Of a stretch of DNA of 64,000 bases, positions 59,739 through 64,000 are shown piece after piece. Location of the stretch: the NCBI GenBank assembly GCA_038891095.1, contig JAWAEV010000003.1:9028-73027 (forward strand). The letters are read 5' to 3'. The stretch is from Candidatus Altiarchaeota archaeon. Its GTDB lineage: Archaea; Altiarchaeota; Altiarchaeia; IMC4; QMZM01. A model generated the notes under the pieces. The model searched no databases, was not told the origin of the DNA, and saw nothing but the letters and a program-made list of their open reading frames with translations. Each line of letters opens with the position of its first letter. Within the stretch, counting starts at the first letter, position 1. The translations under genes were made by a program, and so were the position numbers.

Positions 59739-60797
59739 TTGGAGGTAAAAATTAAATTGAAAAGAATACATTTTGGTATCTTACTTATTATAATTCTTTT
59801 AGGTAGTTTAGTTTGTTATGAATGGTATAGTGCATTCAAGAAAAGTGAACTTATAAAACAAGGGATTTATCCTAAAGAGCCGTTTCCAATTTCTTTAGAA
59901 ACTCCAGCATGGAAAATACCTTTCCTAACATTATTAAGTTATGGCGAAAAAGCATGGTTTTGTTTGCTTATAGCTTTTTTAGTGGCAGGAGCATTTCAGA
60001 CTTTCATTCCAAAGGAATTAGTAATTAAGCATTTGGGAAAAAGAAATTCTAAAGCATACTTTATTGCTGCTTTTGGCGGGCCTCTACTTTCTGTTTGTTC
60101 TTGTTCAATAATTCCTTTATTTGCTGCAATTAAAAAGAGAGGTGCAGGTTTAGGACCGGCAATTACTTTTTTGTTAGCTACACCAGCTATTAATCCAGCA
60201 GCAGTTATTCTAACATTTAGTCTTATTGGTTGGCAGTTTACCATAGGGAGAATTATCCTTGCTTTAAGTGCAGCAATTATTACTGGTTACACTGTTGAAA
60301 AAATTTGGTCTAAACAAGAATTGGATGGAACTTCAGAACTAAAGATTGAATATCAGGAAAAAGAATTTTCCTTTATTCCTGATTTAAAAGAATGGCTTAG
60401 AAATGTTTGGGATTTTGTTAAAAGAATTTTGCCTTTAGTTTTGCTTGGAATTTTTATTATCGGAATTATAAAAATCTTCTTGACAACAGAAGTCATTTCT
60501 GCTTATCTAGGTCAAGGATTAGCTCAAACTGCGTTTGCTTCTATCATAGGAATAGTTATATACACACCAACATTAGTTGAAATACCATTTGTAAAAGAAC
60601 TATTAGTTTTGGGTATGGGTACAGGGCCTGCATTGGCTTTTTTGCTAACAGGTCCTGCTCTCAGTTTGCCTTCAATATTAGGGATTTCAAGAGTTATTAA
60701 ATGGAAAATAGTCTTGAGTTATGCTGTGATTATGTGGATTTTAGGCATTATTGGTGGACTTATTTTTTCTTATTTTGTGCCAGAAATATTGCTTTAA
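59739..60797 (+). CDS. COG0701/ArsP-like permease with CSC motif
   Basis: 352 aa and about 8 TM helices. …LSVCSCSIIPLF… resembles the TPFcSCS motif of ArsP-type permeases. This family is often linked to small thioredoxin-like proteins and ArsR. Confidence 0.55.
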   Translation: MEVKIKLKRIHFGILLIIILLGSLVCYEWYSAFKKSELIKQGIYPKEPFPISLETPAWKIPFLTLLSYGEKAWFCLLIAFLVAGAFQTFIPKELVIKHLGKRNSKAYFIAAFGGPLLSVCSCSIIPLFAAIKKRGAGLGPAITFLLATPAINPAAVILTFSLIGWQFTIGRIILALSAAIITGYTVEKIWSKQELDGTSELKIEYQEKEFSFIPDLKEWLRNVWDFVKRILPLVLLGIFIIGIIKIFLTTEVISAYLGQGLAQTAFASIIGIVIYTPTLVEIPFVKELLVLGMGTGPALAFLLTGPALSLPSILGISRVIKWKIVLSYAVIMWILGIIGGLIFSYFVPEILL

Positions 60798-60845
60798 ATA
60801 AAAATTTAGATTTTTTATATCACTATTCCAATATTAGATGATAAA

Positions 60846-62066
60846 TTGAAATCTCAACCTATACAATCAGAGCTAAATATTGGTTTAGTAGGCCATGTAG
60901 ATCATGGAAAAACAACTTTAACAAAAGCATTGTCAGGAGTTTGGACTGACAGGCATTCAGAAGAAATTAAAAGGGGCATATCAATAAGACTTGGTTATGC
61001 TGATTGCACATTCTATAAATGTCCTAAGTGTAATGAGCCAGAGTGTTATTGTACATCTGAGAGATGTCCAAATTGTAATGAGAAAACAGAATTTTTGAGG
61101 AGAGTTAGTTTTGTTGATTCTCCTGGTCATGAGAGTTTAATGGCAGTTATGCTTTCAGGAGCAGCAATAATGGATGGTGCTTTGTTAGTGATTGCTGCAA
61201 ATGAGCAGTGCCCTCAACCTCAAACAGAAGAGCATTTACTTGCTTTAACAATATTAAATGTAAAAAACATTGTTGTTGTGCAGAATAAAATAGATTTAGT
61301 TTCAAAAGAAAAGGCTATTGAAAATTATGAACAAATAAAAAATTTTCTCAAAGGAACAATTGCTGAGGATGCGCCAATTATACCAATAGCAGCTAATTGT
61401 AATGCAAATATAGACCTTTTAATAAAAACAATTCAGGATAGAATTCCAACTCCTAAAAGAGATCCTAATAGCAGACCTTTAATGTATATAGCAAGATCAT
61501 TTGATATAAATAAACCAGGGGTGAAAATTGATGAACTTAAGGGCGGTGTGGTTGGTGGTTCTCTTTTAAGAGGAAAACTTAAAGTTGGAGATGAAATAGA
61601 ATTAAGGCCAGGGGTAAAGAAAACAAATAACTATAGACCAATAACAACAAAAATAGTCTCGTTAAATGCATGTAACCAGAATGTTAAGGAGGTTTATCCT
61701 GGAGGATTAATTGGAATAGGAACAAATTTAGATCCTGCACTTACAAAGTCAGATGGAATGTGCGGAAATGTTTTAGGCTTGAAAGGTCAGCTACCAGAGG
61801 TCTATGAAAAAATAAAAATTGATTTTCATTTATTCGAAAAAACTGTTGGGGATAGAAATAAGGAACAAATAAAATCTTTAGAGAGGAATGAAGCACTAAT
61901 GCTATCTGTTGGCTCTGCAGTTACTATAGGAATTTTAACTGATCCAAAAAGCAAGGAATTTACATTAAAAATTCCTGTATGTGCTGAAATTGGCCAAAGA
62001 GTTGCAATAAGCAGAAGATTTGGAGCAAGGTGGCGTTTAATTGGATATGGTGCTGTTGTAGAATGA
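60846..62066 (+). CDS. eif2g: Translation initiation factor 2 subunit gamma (aIF2-gamma)
   Basis: 406 aa with a G domain (GHVDHGKTT, …DSPGHE…, NKID) and Zn-knuckle CPKC…C..C. Confidence 0.9.
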   Translation: MKSQPIQSELNIGLVGHVDHGKTTLTKALSGVWTDRHSEEIKRGISIRLGYADCTFYKCPKCNEPECYCTSERCPNCNEKTEFLRRVSFVDSPGHESLMAVMLSGAAIMDGALLVIAANEQCPQPQTEEHLLALTILNVKNIVVVQNKIDLVSKEKAIENYEQIKNFLKGTIAEDAPIIPIAANCNANIDLLIKTIQDRIPTPKRDPNSRPLMYIARSFDINKPGVKIDELKGGVVGGSLLRGKLKVGDEIELRPGVKKTNNYRPITTKIVSLNACNQNVKEVYPGGLIGIGTNLDPALTKSDGMCGNVLGLKGQLPEVYEKIKIDFHLFEKTVGDRNKEQIKSLERNEALMLSVGSAVTIGILTDPKSKEFTLKIPVCAEIGQRVAISRRFGARWRLIGYGAVVE

Positions 62067-62440
62067 TAAAAATTTTTATAGATACTAATTTTTGGCTTTT
62101 ACCCTATATTAAAAAGATTGACATTTTTTCTGAGATAGAAAGACTTGTTCCCGAGAAATATGAAATTTTAGTTTCTGAAAGTGTTATAGAAGAGTTAAAA
62201 AAAATTCAAAAAAAAGGTAATGGTAAGGAGAAAATAGCTGCGGAAATAGCCCTTATTTTAATTGAAAAGAAAGCAAAGAAAATTCCAAATGGAAAAAATA
62301 CTGATAAATTAATATTAAAAATTTCTGAAAAAGAGAATATGATTATTTGCACAAATGATAAAAATCTCAGAAAAAAACTAAAAGAAAAAAGTTTGAGGGT
62401 TATAGGAATGAGAGGAAAAGAAAAATTAAGTTTTATATGA
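62063..62440 (+). CDS. PIN-domain protein (conserved neighbour of aIF2-gamma)
   Basis: [11 protein letters not shown]… with acidic PIN residues. Start ATG at 62063 overlaps the eif2g stop (ATGA). Confidence 0.55.
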   Translation: MIKIFIDTNFWLLPYIKKIDIFSEIERLVPEKYEILVSESVIEELKKIQKKGNGKEKIAAEIALILIEKKAKKIPNGKNTDKLILKISEKENMIICTNDKNLRKKLKEKSLRVIGMRGKEKLSFI

Positions 62441-64000
62441 AAAGTGGAGCAAAAACTAAGGAGACAACAGACATTAACTTTATAAGAATGTTTAATGATG
62501 GTCCTGCAGTGTCCTTAAACGGATCACCAACAGTATCACCTATAACAGCAGCTTTATGGGTTTCAGAGCCTTTACCACCAAAGTTTCCTTGTTCAATGAA
62601 TTTTTTTGCATTATCCCAAGAAGCTCCTGAATTTGCCATCATTACAGCTAATAAAAATCCTGTAGAAGTTGCACCAATCAATAAACCTCCAAGAGCCTCA
62701 GCACCTAATGTAAAACCAATTAAAATTGGAGCTAAGATAGCCATAGAACCTGGAATCAGCATCTCTTTTACTGCTGTTTTTGTACTTATATCAACGCATT
62801 TTGCGTAATCTGCTTTTGTTTTTCCCTCCATCAGGCCATTTATCTCTTTGAATTGTCTTCTAACCTCATTGACAACTTGAAAAGCTGCTTTTCCAACAGC
62901 ATCCATTGTGAATGAGCAAAATAAAAATGGTAACATTCCACCAATAAATAATCCGGCAATTACATTAGCATCAGAAATATTTATAACTTTTAAACCAGTT
63001 ACAGAGCAATATGCTGAAATTAGTGCTAATGCAGTTAGTGCCGCTGATGCTATTGCAAAGCCTTTGCCTGTTGCAGCAGTTGTATTTCCAAGAGCATCTA
63101 ATGCATCTGTCATCTTCCTTATTTTTTCTCCTAATTTCGCCATTTCTGCTATACCGCCAGCGTTATCAGCTATTGGTCCATATGCATCTGTTGACATTGT
63201 AATCCCAAGAGTTGAGAGCATTCCAACAGCTGCTATAGCAACCCCATAAATTCCAGCAATTTTATATGTAAGTACAATTGCTAAAGAAATAATTAAAATT
63301 GGAAAAAAAGTACTTTTCATACCAACAGAAAGTCCTTTTATTATCGTTGTTCCAGCACCAGTTTTAGAAGCTTCTGCAACTTTTTTTGTTGGCCCATATG
63401 AAGATGATGTATAATACTCTGTTAATAAACCAATAGCCACTCCTGAAATTAAACCTACTAAAACAGAATAGAAAATTTCAATTTTTCCGATTAGGAATTC
63501 AATTAAAAAATAACTTGCAATTACTATAAATAAAGCAGTTATGAAAATCCCTTTTCTCAATGCAAAAAGAAGTTCTGCAATTTCAGCATCTTCTTTTGTT
63601 GATACAAAAAATGTACCAAGAATTGACGCTAAAACTCCTAAGGAAGCAATTAACAAAGGCAAAAGAATTATTTCATCTCCATAAATTTTTGTGACAGTTA
63701 AAGAAAGAATCATAGCAGCAATTATTGAATTCACATAGCTTTCAAAAAGATCAGCACCCATACCACAGACATCACCAACATTGTCCCCAACATTATCAGC
63801 AATAACTGCTGGATTACGAGGATCATCTTCAGGAATTCCCTTTTCAACTTTACCAACTAAATCAGCACCAACATCAGCACCTTTAGTGTAAATGCCACCA
63901 CCAACTCTTGCAAATAATGCTATAGAGGAAGCACCTAATCCAAAACCATTTATAAAATTTGGATCTTTTAAAATTTCATAAAAGAAGTATATACCTAAGA
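62433..64000 (-). CDS. hppA: Membrane-bound H+/Na+-translocating pyrophosphatase (3'-part; N-terminus lies beyond the window end)
   Basis: C-terminal …[28 protein letters not shown]… and an upstream GDNVGD-type motif are diagnostic of V-type PPases. The frame remains open to nt 64000. Confidence 0.85.
   Translation of the reverse strand, partial: LGIYFFYEILKDPNFINGFGLGASSIALFARVGGGIYTKGADVGADLVGKVEKGIPEDDPRNPAVIADNVGDNVGDVCGMGADLFESYVNSIIAAMILSLTVTKIYGDEIILLPLLIASLGVLASILGTFFVSTKEDAEIAELLFALRKGIFITALFIVIASYFLIEFLIGKIEIFYSVLVGLISGVAIGLLTEYYTSSSYGPTKKVAEASKTGAGTTIIKGLSVGMKSTFFPILIISLAIVLTYKIAGIYGVAIAAVGMLSTLGITMSTDAYGPIADNAGGIAEMAKLGEKIRKMTDALDALGNTTAATGKGFAIASAALTALALISAYCSVTGLKVINISDANVIAGLFIGGMLPFLFCSFTMDAVGKAAFQVVNEVRRQFKEINGLMEGKTKADYAKCVDISTKTAVKEMLIPGSMAILAPILIGFTLGAEALGGLLIGATSTGFLLAVMMANSGASWDNAKKFIEQGNFGGKGSETHKAAVIGDTVGDPFKDTAGPSLNILIKLMSVVSLVFAPLFI

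Noticed and set aside
1-64000. CRISPR arrays, rRNA genes, integrase/transposase genes
   Set aside because: No regularly spaced direct repeats and no GC-rich rRNA-like islands. No ORF shows recombinase/transposase motifs. The only mobility signal is the nadX cassette with terminal inverted and direct repeats.

Overview
This is a gene-dense, AT-rich (~30% GC) archaeal chromosomal segment. Archaeal identity rests on RNAP subunits H/B/A/N/K, ribosomal proteins L30e/L18e/L40e, MCM, archaeal DnaG, Topo VI A/B, Kae1, aIF2-gamma, TiaS, an intron-containing tRNA-Arg and an A1:U72 initiator tRNA. Compact proteins, unsplit rpoB, fused rpoA'/A'' and a bacterial-type MetK suggest a small-genome (possibly DPANN-like) archaeon; that is inference only.

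Main blocks, in order:
- QueE/FolE2 (preQ0 pathway) and a CBS protein.
- rpoH-rpoB-rpoA-L30e-NusA-S12, followed directly by L18e-L13-S9-rpoN-rpoK-S2.
- ahcY, then an agmatine/hypusine operon (speB-dys-pdaD).
- A nadC-OB-fold-TctA-like operon, and nadX flanked by GC-rich terminal inverted repeats.
- A protease-less LonB-like AAA+ paralog, DnaG, macro domain protein, GatD and Topo VI.
- Secreted Thr-linker proteins (one an M64-like metallopeptidase), enolase, TiaS and tRNA-Arg(UCU) with intron.
- A surface-glycan locus: cytidylyltransferase-like membrane protein, two QxxRW processive GT2 synthases and an RDD protein.
- SRP54, a novel Cys-repeat surface protein, DUF192, MinD, L40e and initiator tRNA-Met.
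- Presenilin/SPP homolog, MCM, HTH regulator and the mevalonate trio (HMGCS-thiolase-DUF35).
- MetK, RadA, LonB, Kae1.
- An ArsR / secreted protein / DsbD-like / thioredoxin / COG0701-permease operon interrupted by an MmeI-family Type IIG R-M gene.
- aIF2-gamma, a PIN protein and a partial H+-pyrophosphatase.

No rRNA genes or CRISPR arrays were seen. Three conserved genes below the 60-aa ORF cutoff were recovered by hand: RpoK, L40e and a Zn-ribbon protein. The most unusual items are the nadX cassette with terminal inverted repeats and a flanking 9-bp direct repeat, the protease-less LonB-like ATPase with a zinc ribbon, the glycan synthase locus, the Cys-repeat protein and the R-M insertion.
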